A DNA stretch of 63,214 nt, filler included, from Octopus bimaculoides (taxonomy: Eukaryota), in the NCBI RefSeq assembly GCF_001194135.2. It is 6 parts of 6 records of this genome, joined end to end, with 100 filler letters (N's around TTAATTAATTAA, not from the genome) between each part and the next. Parts side by side here need not be neighbours in the genome. Positions count along the whole stretch, not along the records: positions 20,634 to 26,990 come from NC_068985.1; positions 27,091 to 51,222 come from NC_069000.1; 4 more parts are not named here. One strand, written 5' to 3'. The first letter of the stretch is position 1. Every line of letters starts with the position of its first letter. Under the pieces are notes generated by a model. It was not told the origin of the DNA. It saw only the letters and a list, made by a program, of their open reading frames with translations, and ran no database searches. Both the position numbers and the translations under genes were made by a program. Positions 25,935 through 37,285 of this stretch are shown in pieces.

Positions 25935-26405
25935 CTATCCACTTCACAGAAGACAGTATTAGAAATATCAGTAACAAGATAAGCAATTGAAAAGCATCAG
26001 GACCTGATGGTGTACAGCGATTTTGGATAAAAAAAAGTTCAGTAGTTTCCATGAATTGATCGCTGAATAATTTAATGCATTGATCAATGGAGAAGATGAA
26101 ATTTCGGACTGGTTAATAAAAGGACGAACGGTGTTGTGCCTGAAGGATGCGATGCATCAAAGGGAAATGCTGCTGGCATATTCGCAGCTCAGGAACAAGC
26201 GTTAAGGATCAATAATATGAAGTGGAAAATGGACAACACTACCGATATCAAAAACGCAGAATGTGTGGTGAAAAGAGTGAAACGGTATGGCACACCGTTA
26301 GAAAATGTCCGAAATTGGCACAACACTAATATAAGCGACGCCATGATAATGTGACAGGAATGATCCATTGGGACGTCTGTAGAAATCACGGCCTAGAAAG
26401 AGTAA
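25935..26405 (+). mobile_element. Internally deleted Dong/R4 element
   Basis: KASGPDGVQRFWIK..WLIKGRTVLCLKD..SKGNAAG joined directly to IFAAQEQALR..CRMCGEKSETVWH..C..YKRRHDNV. Confidence 0.8.
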
Positions 26406-26409
26406 AGAC

Positions 26410-26670
26410 TCGTTCAACATCCTTAAACAGCCCTTAGTCTGAAACATTTTGAGCGGGATGGGCTACTGAACCTGAAGAATATTCTAGCTGTGCCCCACCT
26501 GCAAGGTCATGCGCTGTTTATCTCAACATGAGATTTCCATGTCGCACATATATATTTGTGATGCATGTGTCTGGTGTACCCTTATCAGAAAAGTAGTCAT
26601 GATGGGCCTACTGGACTTCGTATATTTTACCCCAGTGTCACTTTGATGGCATGCAGTGCTCTCTCACTCA
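26410..26670 (+). repeat. 3' part of the about 490-bp repeat, ending in an (AAT)n array
   Basis: Aligns by eye with 7620-7860. Confidence 0.8.
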
Positions 26671-26694
26671 ATAATAATAATAATAATAATAATG

Positions 26695-26731
<37 letters not shown>

Positions 26732-26756
26732 TAATAATAATAATAATAATAATAAT

Positions 26757-26990
26757 ACAGGGCTAAAAGCAGAGAGTGAAGGTTTCATATTGGCTGCTCA
26801 AGACCAAAGCTTATTAACCCGGAACTACCAAGCCAATGTGATAAAAAATGGAGCTGACCCAAAATGCCGATTTTGTAACGATGCGATTGAAACTATAGAC
26901 CACCTAATCTCAGGGTGTAGAGTGTTAGCACCTGTAGAATATAAAGCAAGACATGACAGAGTTGGCCAGTATTTACACTGGACAATATGT
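26757..26990 (+). mobile_element. 5'-truncated Dong/R4 fragment starting immediately after (AAT)n
   Basis: GLKAESEGFILAAQDQSLLTRNYQ..DPKCRFCNDAIETIDHLISGC..EYKARHD; runs into an assembly gap. Confidence 0.88.
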
Positions 26991-27090
26991 NNNNNNNNNN
27001 NNNNNNNNNNNNNNNNNNNNNNNNNNNNNNNNNNTTAATTAATTAANNNNNNNNNNNNNNNNNNNNNNNNNNNNNNNNNNNNNNNNNNNN

Positions 27091-27101
27091 TATTATTATT
27101 A

Positions 27102-27139
<38 letters not shown>

Positions 27140-27153
27140 GTTATTATTGTTAC

Positions 27154-27199
<46 letters not shown>

Positions 27200-27455
27200 G
27201 TTATTATTATTATTATTATTATCGTTGTTGTTGATGATGCTGATGTTGTAATTACTATTATTATTGCTCTTGTCATTGTTGTTATTATATTTATAATTGA
27301 TTCATTGCTATAATTACTATTATTGTTATAATTATTGTTGTTGTTATTAAGGTAGCAAACTGGCAGAATCATTAGCATGCAGGACAAAATGCTCAGCGGT
27401 ATTTTGTCCATCGCTGTGTCCTGAGTTCAAATTCCGCCAAGGTCANNNNNNNNNN

Positions 27456-27495
<40 letters not shown>

Positions 27496-28009
27496 AATAT
27501 AAGGGTAAAAATTATTAGAGAATTATTTACCAGTGGCTAGCATGCGTAATAAGAGTCAAAAGACATAAATTATTTTAAAATATAATGGTGTATGAAACAT
27601 ACAAGAAGAGACAACCACCATGTGGATTTCTTACATACTTAAAATGGCAGTCAAAGCCTAAAACCATGAAAGAATATCGTTATATTAAAGCGTGTTGATT
27701 TGTATGTGAGCATTCACTCAGATATCTTGCTCGCATACAAATCAATGTGCTTTAAGTCCTGGGGTTGATTTGTTCAACTAAAAGCCTTCAAAGCAGAGCC
27801 CCAGCATAGCTGCAGTCAAAATGACAGAAACAAGTAAAAGATTAGAATTTATTATTCCTGTTCTTCTTTTTAAAATTCCTTCACATTGTGTCAAGCTGTA
27901 CCATGCCTAATATTTTTGTGAGCCCTTAATTGTTGAAAATAAAACACTATTATTAGTGTCATTATTGTTGTAATTATTGTTACTATTATTATTATTATTA
28001 TTATTATTA

Positions 28010-28050
<41 letters not shown>

Positions 28051-28064
28051 GTTATTATTGTTAC

Positions 28065-28122
<58 letters not shown>

Positions 28123-28151
28123 GTTATTATTATTATTATTATTATCGTTGT
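27091..28151. repeat. Long (TTA)n/(TTG)n microsatellite arrays with an intervening SINE-A head (27350-27445)
   Basis: Directly visible trinucleotide arrays at 27091-27345 and 27945-28151. Confidence 0.95.
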
Positions 28152-28460
28152 NNNNNNNNNNNNNNNNNNNNNNNNNNNNNNNNNNNNNNNNNNNNNNNNN
28201 NNNNNNNNNNNNNNNNNNNNNNNNNNNNNNNNNNNNNNNNNNNNNNNNNNNNNNNNNNNNNNNNNNNNNNNNNNNNNNNNNNNNNNNNNNNNNNNNNNNN
28301 NNNNNNNNNNNNNNNNNNNNNNNNNNNNNNNNNNNNNNNNNNNNNNNNNNNNNNNNNNNNNNNNNNNNNNNNNNNNNNNNNNNNNNNNNNNNNNNNNNNN
28401 NNNNNGTAATCGACTTATACCCTCCCCCAAAATAGCTGCCCTTGTGGCAAAATTTGAAAC

Positions 28461-28499
<39 letters not shown>

Positions 28500-28514
28500 A
28501 ATTATTATTATTGT

Positions 28515-29625
28515 TTTACTTCTCAGAGTTCTCAGTCTTGCTTGTTCTGGTAGATTCTGTGAGAGCAGACAGAGCCTGCTGTCAGAGGTCTCACAGGATC
28601 TCTTTCCACACATTTTAAGCTTTGATACTTGGTTGTTTAATTATCGTGGAAGACATTCAACAACCAAGTACCAATCTCAAAATCCTAGCTGTCCCCAGCA
28701 GAGCAAGTTTTGGGGCTTGCTTTGCTCTCATGTCAATTCCAATTTCTCTAACATATTTTTCAGACTTAATTGTTAATACTCTGAGAATCCCTACAACTAC
28801 TGGGATAACAGACATTCTCCTCATTGTTCACATTCTTGCGATTTCCTCTTTTAGTAGTCTGTACTTTTCCATCTTTTCTAGCTCTTTGTCACTTATGCAT
28901 GCATCTCCAGGTATTGCAATATCTATAATCTTGGTTTCCTTTTGCCCTTTATCTATCACAACAATATCTGGTTGCCAGGCATCAATTAGGGAGTTACATT
29001 GGATGGTAAAATCTCACAGTATCTTATATTCCTTGTTCTCGGTTCATGTTCGTCCCATTTCTGTGCTCTCTTCAGACCGTACTTTTCACATAGCCTCCAG
29101 TGGACGAACTTAGCCACGTTATTGTGCTTTCTTTTGTAGTGCTTTTGAGCCAGCTTGCTAAACTCATTTACAATATGTGAGATTGTTTCGTTTCTGCTGC
29201 CACACATCCTACAAAGAGATGATTCGCTACTCTTATCTATTTGGAACTTGGTGTAATTAATTCTCAGAGCTTGTTTCTGGGCGCTGCATTCCAATGCCTC
29301 AATGCATCCTTTCAGATCACTTTTTCTTAGCCACCTTCAAGCGTTGACCTTGTCTTTTCCTTCAATTTCTCTGAGGTGTTGCCCATACAGTAGTTTCATT
29401 TTCCAATTGTTTACTCTTTCTTCTTCATCTTGTTTCTTAAATATTTGTGGGTGCATCACATTTTCAGTAGGTATTGTATTGTTAATTCTAACAGCAGCAA
29501 GCAAGGATTCACTCTGCTGTTTGATGTATCATGCCAAACTGTTCTTCTCATTGACAACCCAGATCTTGCATCCTATGAAGCCTCTTCCTCCCCTGTTCCT
29601 AGGCACATACAGGCACAAATATGTT
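28515..29625 (-). mobile_element. 5'-truncated Dong/R4 copy with 3' end fused to (ATA)n
   Basis: SAQKQALRINY..LCRMCGSRNETISHIV, ILWDFTIQC..QPDIVVIDK..IIDIAIP, LGTARILRLVLGC*. The 3' UTR is followed by the TTA array at 28463-28512 (+ strand). Confidence 0.88.
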
Positions 29626-31807
29626 ACATTTAGAATTAATGTCTTTGGTAACAGGTCACAACCAGTTTCCTTAGATATCGAGGACCTTTCTCATTATCTC
29701 TGTTATTCCCAATAGAGCAAATTTTTGTATTAATGCATCTCTTGCAGTTATACTGATTTTAATAAGGAAACTACCTAGTCCGTTGGTAATGGTACCAAGG
29801 GCATTTATAACTACTGGGATTACCCTTGTAGAATCCATCTGCAGTCTTCACATTTCCCTAATAAAATTCTGGTCTTTTCCTATTTTCCATTCTTTGCCTG
29901 CTACATTCATGTCTGCAGACATAGCCACATCTATGAAGAGGCACTCTTTCTTCCCCTTTGTCCAGAATGATAATATCTGGTTTCCTTGCTTGAAGTTTGT
30001 GATCAGTCTATACAGTAAAGTCTCATAAAATCTTAAACTGATCACTTTCTATTTCACTCTCTGGCTGACGTTGGTACCATTTTCTGCCTACTTCAAATTC
30101 TTTTTGCTCTAATATGTTCCTTGATTACACAATCATATTTACATCTATATTCCTTCTTTGCCAAAGGACTACAGGAGCTTATTATGTGCAGATCCTGCTT
30201 TCTCAGACAAATTCTGCAGTTAGCACTTTTCACAGTTTTATCTTTTTTTGCCTAGATGACATTCATCCATAATGACAGGCTTTGAGCAACCATTATGAAT
30301 CCTATTTCTTTCTTAAGTTCTCCATTCTTCAGCCATAACCAAGATTCATCTGCTGCAACATACTGCATTTGTCTGAGATGCTGATCATGTAGTTCTTTTC
30401 CCCACATGTTTTTTCACCCTTTTTTCTTCTTTTTTTTTTTTGTATTCCATTGCTGTTTCCACAGCTTCTTTCTACTCTCCGCTGGCAAATGAAATCAGTT
30501 TTTCTGTGTTATTTCTCAAATAATCTTCTATATCATGTTCTGCCATCTTTATTGCAGTCTTTTATTGATATCAGACCTATCCCTCCCTCCTTTCGTGGCT
30601 TGTATAACCCATCAATACTGTCTCTAGGATGTAATGATCATTGTCTTTCTGGTTTTACAGCCTATGTTTCATAGTTCTTCCTTAGGCCAGTTCAGGAAAG
30701 CAGCAGAATATTGTATTAGAAACGCTGTTCGTGTGTTTACTGCAGTAATGCTTTTAGCTCCATTTAGTTTTCAGCTTAGCACCTTTTTCACTCCTCTGGG
30801 ATGTTAATTTCTCACCTTCTTCTTCGTTTCTTGACAAAGAATTCTATCAAACTCCAATACCCAAAGGTATTTGTAACTGTCGACCTCATCCATTGCTCTG
30901 ATTGATGTCTCTTCTGGGAGTTTAATCACTTCTGACTTGCATATTTTTCTCCTTTTTATTACTAGAACTGCGCATTTATCTATTTCAAAATTCAGACCTA
31001 TGTCATCAATTACAATTGTAACAGTTTGAACCAATGAATCTAAAGGTTTCTCAATTTTGACAAATAATTTCAGGTCATTCTTAAACAGGAAGTGGTTTAT
31101 TTTCTCACCACTGCATGGTTTAGCCTCTCTCTCAAGCTGAATGTTAGAGAGATAAGAGCAACTACAAATAGCAGTGGAGAGAATGTGTCACCTTGGAATA
31201 TTCCCCTTTTTATGTTGACTTCACCTAACTTATCTTGGCCTGTAGTCTGTATAGTTTTCCATTTTAGCATACTGCCTTGTAAGAGCTGAACAACATTCTC
31301 AGCTAACCCAAGTATACTGAAGCATTCTTGAATCCATGAGTGTGGTAATCACACCATACAGTTGCTCAGTTTTTTCTTTCTGCTTTTGACTTGATGACCT
31401 ATATATAATAGGGCATTTGTCTCTTTAGAACCTTTCTGTTCTTCTGGCAGTAGATCTCCCTCCTCAAGATATTTGTACATATCCTTTGCAATAACACCTG
31501 TTAGCAGGTGCAAGGCAAATTATTAGTTGGTAGTTACTTGTATTTCCTTTCTTTTGATCTTTCCTTATCAACAGTGTCCTGCTTTTTGTCATCCATTCAG
31601 GAACATCACCCATCTCAATACAATTATTTAGTTGTGTACTCATTCTATCAAGAAGTGCTCTGCCTTTAGTCGAGCAAATCGACCCCAGGACTTATTCTTT
31701 GTAAGCCTAGTACTTATTCTATCGGTCTCTTTTGCCAAACCGCTAAGTTACGGGAACATAAACACACCAGCATCGGTTGTCAAGTGATGTTCAGGGACAA
31801 ACACAGA

Positions 31808-31865
<58 letters not shown>

Positions 31866-32440
31866 CGACGGGCTTCTTTCAGTTTACGTCTACCAAATCC
31901 ACTCACAAGGCTTTGGTCGGCCCAAGGCTATAGTAGAAGACACTTGCCCAAGGTGCCACGCAGTGGGACTGAACCCAGAACCATGTGGTTGGTAAGCAAG
32001 CTACTTACCACACAGCCATTCCTGTGCCTAAGTGCAGTGAAATTCCTTAGCTAAAATCCCTGGACCCAATCTGATCCAGGGGATTTCCAGCTTGGTTGGC
32101 ATCCCTTTCAAAACATTTTTCAACTTTTCTCCTGTGATCTCTACGTTTCTTTGTTTTTGGTAAATCTGCATTATTTGCCTTTATCTTTTTTAACCATTCT
32201 GCATTGCCATTGTGCTTCATTTTGTGGCTCCAAATGCTTCTCCAGAATTCCTTTGTCTCTTCTTTGTCAGTTGGTACATTCACTGCAACATCTCCATTTA
32301 GTTCCTTGTAAAATCTACTTTGATCTGTTTCAAACAATATACTTTATTTTGTTCAATTATGTTGTATTTCTTCATCTTGGCAGCTTTTGCTTTTATCCTT
32401 TGTTTTCATTCTTTCATTACTTTTCTATGTCCTCTCCATT
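29625..32440 (-). mobile_element. Decayed Dong/R4 element (RT + CCHC + REL), interrupted by a SINE
   Basis: FETDQSRFY..FWRSIWS..HNGNAEW, IFQGDTFSPLLFV, DIGLNFEIDKCAVL, FIDVAM..IPVVINALG, IMRKVLDI* (stop 29671-29673). Confidence 0.88.
31665..32030 (-). mobile_element. SINE family C (tRNA head + CORE-like segment + internal (TA)n(TG)n + 3' domain)
   Basis: GTGTGGTAAGTAGCTTG..GGGTTCAGTCCCACTG..GGCACCTTGGGCAAGTGTCTT head, internal microsatellite, then the AACTTAGCGG..GGGGTCGATTTG domain. Confidence 0.88.
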
Positions 32441-32558
32441 TCAGCCAATACTTTCTTACTTTATTATTATCATAATTATTTCACTTTCTATCATTTTTAT
32501 GTTATTATTATTTGTTGTTATTGTTTTTACTATTGATATTATATTACCTTAAATCTGT

Positions 32559-32624
<66 letters not shown>

Positions 32625-32679
32625 CTTTCTGCCTATCACATTTGTGTATGTGTGCTTATGTAAAAATATGTAACTGCAT

Positions 32680-33632
32680 ATGGGTCCACCAGAGCATATA
32701 TTGGGAGGTATGGCCATTATAGCCTTCCTTTCTCCACCCCATCACACTCCTCTCTCATGCATTCGTACTCGCCTTCTTTCACCATATATTCTACAATTCT
32801 GCTCTAATAATCTAATGGCACTTATTTGCATACAGGGCCTGCAACTTTCTTTATTATTATAGTTTTGCTTATAATACTGACGAAGTGAGTCAAGGGCATA
32901 GTGGAGCCTACCAGCTTGTGTAATAATGGTGGTTGGCTTGCTGAAAAGTGTACACTACATATAGCATAAATACCAGTTATGCTTTCTGTGTTTCTTTTAT
33001 TTGGCACAAACTCCACATAGTAGACTATCTGTAGTTATGATGGTTATTGTCACAGTACATCAAACAGCAATGGAATGTAGAACTTATCTACAGTACCCAA
33101 ACCTTTTGGTATTGTGTCATACATTCCAGTGCATCTATCTATTTCTTCATACCTTCTAAAGTACACTGCAAATGTTATACCCTTCTCTGGGTCATAACTG
33201 AATTCTCTTATAGAGTTCGATATGCCATCTGGCAAAAACAAACTTATAGTGTTTCCGGACTTCTTATGACATAGCTCCATTAACTGTTGTTGTTTTTCTT
33301 GTTGCTGAAGTAGTTGTTTCTGCAACTCCTGTTGCTGTTCTTGCTATTGCTTTTGCAACTGTATCATAGAAGCTAACAGGTCTTCCATAATTAACTTTGT
33401 ATCACAAAAATTTGTTAAGTGATCTGCATGAGCTTCTTCAAATCCTCATCACCAATATTGTTGTCTCATCAATTGTTATGATGATGATACCTTTCTACAC
33501 TATAATCGTGTATTAGCAATGAAATATATAATGAAGCAGATAACAACAATGTAACAATCCGACAAACTCTCCACAAGCTATACATGAACCAACAAACAAT
33601 ATTCTGACAAACTATCAAAACAACACCTTACA
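32680..33632 (-). mobile_element. 5' part of a Ty3/Gypsy element: putative 5' LTR 33459-33632, PBS 33440-33454, decayed gag from ATG 33388
   Basis: TGTAAGG...ACAACA termini. PBS TGGTGATGAGGATTT resembles a CpG-decayed TGGCGACGAGG. gag reads MEDLL..QQQ..ISNSIREFSYDPEKGITFAVYFRRYEEI. Confidence 0.8.
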
Positions 33633-33639
33633 ACTTCCT

Positions 33640-34290
33640 GTGATTAATGCCCTGTGTCCTTCTGAAGATCTTCAAGCACTTCCTTGATTTTGGTCTTATT
33701 GTTACAGGCAGAGCAAGTAGGTGTCTTTCTTAAATGCACCCCACACATAGTAACCCATGGGATTACAATGAAGGGAATTGGAAGACCAGAAATATTAGGG
33801 CTGATGAAGTCGTAGCAATTCTTCAACATCTACTTCTGACTCTTTCTGGAAGTATAGTAAGGTATGTGCTGCCACACATATGGCCTTCCACTAGCAATCC
33901 TCCCTAGCCAGGGTTTGACCACAGTTTCTAGCAGATTCCTATAGCCATCTGAATTGATCCTATGCCTCTGTTCAAAGAGATGGGGTACTATGACATCACC
34001 TTCACTGGAGACAAATCTAAAGACCATCACAGTTTAGGGGAACTTAGTTTTCATGATGTCTATGTCATGTCTTACAGCTTTTACAGCGTTCACAGAGCAT
34101 TGAGCTGCAATCATGATATCAGCATTTTGATACCCAATGTGAATCTTCATGATATAAGTCACTCATTTCTAGTATTCAGATGGCGTCTAGTCCTCCATGT
34201 CAGTTAACTCTTTTTCAACTACAACTTCAATCTGTATGCTCTCCAATGCCCTTGACTGTTCACCAATACATAAAAGCTGTTCCTTGAAAA
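33640..34290 (-). mobile_element. IS630-Tc1-mariner (maT/DD37D-like) transposase remnant
   Basis: MVFRFVSSEGDV..INSDGY..LETVVKPWL..GRPYVWQ..TSRKSQK, followed by a decayed SP.N..P.D.YYVWG-type region. Confidence 0.78.
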
Positions 34291-34349
34291 AAAGAGACAT
34301 AAAATGTCATCAAATTTAGCCCAAATACCCTGTATATGTGGGGGGGGGG

Positions 34350-34500
34350 CATGGCTATGTATTTAATATATTTACTTCCCAACTGCATGGCCTCAAGTTC
34401 AGTCCCACTGCATGGCACCATGGGCAAGTGTCTTCTGTGGCCTCAGGCTAACCAAAGTCTTGTTACTAGAATTGGTTGACAGAAGTGGAAAGAAAGCCAT
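34350..34500 (+). mobile_element. SINE family C head, running into a CA/TA microsatellite
   Basis: TTCAGTCCCACTGCATGGCACCATGGGCAAGTGTCTTCTG..ACCAAAGTCTTG. Confidence 0.8.
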
Positions 34501-34525
34501 TGTACACACACAACACACACAAACA

Positions 34526-34591
<66 letters not shown>

Positions 34592-37083
34592 CATATATAT
34601 ATGTATGCATGTATGTATTTTTATATTTATATGTGTATGTATATGTGTGAGTATATCTCCTGGAGTATGTAAGAGCTGTAAATGAGTGTCACTGTCATAC
34701 AAGCAGTGTTATTCTTTTCCAGTGTTTCTGGGGAGACATGTCTAGCCATGGATAAATATTACCTTGCTTGGAAACAGGTGTTGTTTGGTAACTGGGAGTG
34801 TATCCAGCCATAGAAAATTTACCTCAGTAAACTCTGCCCTCCACATGCAAGTGCAGAAAAGTAGATGTTAAAGCAATGATGATTGTTATGATGATGATGA
34901 TGATGATGAAGATGAGGATTTTTTCCGAACTTGGTGATTCCGTTCATTGCTACTCTGAGTTTCTTGCTTGATATAATCCTCATATGACAACTAAACAGGG
35001 TGCTCCAGTATGAATCACCCATCTTTCTGCAAGTAAATATACTGTACATCATCATGTACATCTCATTTGTAAAACCAAAAAAATGTGATGGGTGTGTGTG
35101 TGTGTGATTTAAGAAATATTTTCTACTTAGATTTCAATAAACTGTTTGACATGAAATATCAGAAGTTTTGAGGGGTTTATTTATTTATTTATTTATTATT
35201 AATTATTATTTATTTATTTTTTGCAAAACCGAAATATCTCATTACTGTTTGTTTCCCACAACTCATTTTGTTTTTCAGATCATCAGCATTTTTTTTCTTT
35301 ATCTTATCTGGTGTTGAATATATTTTTCTCTTATTAATATCCCTCGTTAATATTGTTAGACTTGACTGGAGACTATGCGAAAGCAACGAGACTCACCTGA
35401 GTTATATGGTCTTATCTTAGTACATCACTATTCTCTATTTAAACCTTATCTGGGCTGGGTTAAAATAGTTATCAATAAATTACTTTTATTCTTTATATCA
35501 ACTTATAATAATATAAGTAGTCTTGAAGGAAATCCTTGATGTTCAGTGTTAATATATTCACTCGTTTAAATTGTCATTTTACGAAAATGGCTGAAATACT
35601 CCTAATTAACATTTAAATGACTTATTTTTTTTTTTAAATAAAGAGTAAAACATCTGGAATAAAATGGAAATATTGCTTTTGGGTGGCTGGAATGATTAAT
35701 CAATCATTATAGATAGTGTACATTAACTGATGATACTTATCCACTCTGACTTAATCCCAATAAATTGTGATCCAATACTTGGCCGCCTACTGCATTTGCT
35801 CGTATCACATAAATAGTGTGAACGATTGAAATTTGTAGCACAATAAGATTACAGCTACTACTGTTGCTGCTGCTGCTGATACTGCTGTTGTTACTGCTGC
35901 TGCTGCTGCTGCTGTTGCTACTACTTCTAATATTATTGCTCTGTCATTGCTGCTGTTACTTTTTCTACATCATATTGATCGAATGTCATGTGACCTGGTA
36001 TCTGGCCTGCAGCTCAATATTAGACCAGTATTTCAACAAACATCTAGCTATTTTCAGTGAAATACCTAGAATCTCCAGTTCTTCCAACAATTGCAAAACT
36101 CTGCTTTCTCGTCACATCTGCATCAATATCACTATGGCTTTGTAAGTTGCTTTTTACTCAGTAGTGTTTTAATTCATTTTTAAATTGTTATCTATTTTAG
36201 ACACCAATGCACACTTAAGAGTTACAGGTAAATTCTGCTAAATGCCGGCTCCAATTGCATTTCTTTCTCTCTCTCTCTCTCTCCCCAACCCTCTTTGTCC
36301 ACTCTATATTTTGCTATTATTTCTATGTATTGTAATTATTGACGTTACTATATTACTTGCATACATATATTTATCCATCTTTACCTCTCTTTCCTGAGAG
36401 CTCTCTCCAGGAAGGTGACCTTGCAAAAGGAAGAAAATAGATTTTTCCCTTTTTTTTTATATTTCTTTTCTTTTTTTTATGAATCATCCAAAGTTGTACT
36501 CCGAATCATCTCAGGAGTTCTTCCAAAGCTTAACATTTCACAAAAAAAAATACAGAGTAATTTTACCTTTCAAAATTTCATCTCTCCTCACCCTTTTCCT
36601 CAGCCCCTCCTTCTACTCCTAAATTACATTTGATTAAATTTCATACAAAACACCAAACTAAATGCCTTACAGAATTTAGTTTCATCCCTTTATGTCCCGA
36701 GATCAAATCCTAGTGAGGTCAAATTCGTCTTTCATTCTTCAATAAGGATAATTAAATACCAGTTATATAATGGCATAAATTTAATATCCGTGCACATCTC
36801 CATCAAAAACTGGCACTGTGTCTAGTCAAAAGAAATCACTACTATTATTGATATTTATTCATTTATTCACTTGCAGATGAAGAAAATTTCTCATGCAGTG
36901 ATATTCAGAATTAAGACGATTGTCTGATAAATTTACTGAAGAAATAAGAAAAAGAAATAGAAGGGAGGATGACAGAGAAAAGAAACGAAAAAGCAGTGAT
37001 TTTATTTTATTTTTTTTTGTNNNNNNNNNNNNNNNNNNNNNNNNNNNNNNNNNNNNNNNNNNNNNNNNNNNNNNNNNNNNNNN

Positions 37084-37115
<32 letters not shown>

Positions 37116-37235
37116 AATTGACTGATAGTATATCAATAAACTGTAGTCGTTTTCAATGACTGCTAACAGTGAAGAAATGACAGGAGGCAGTTTAACTAAT
37201 GTTTGTTCCTCATCTCCATGAGGTTCACTCATACA

Positions 37236-37285
<50 letters not shown>

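Noticed and set aside
35391-35399. Minus-strand consensus donor CAG|GTGAGT
   Set aside because: No matching acceptor or ORF; a single motif is expected by chance in 63 kb.
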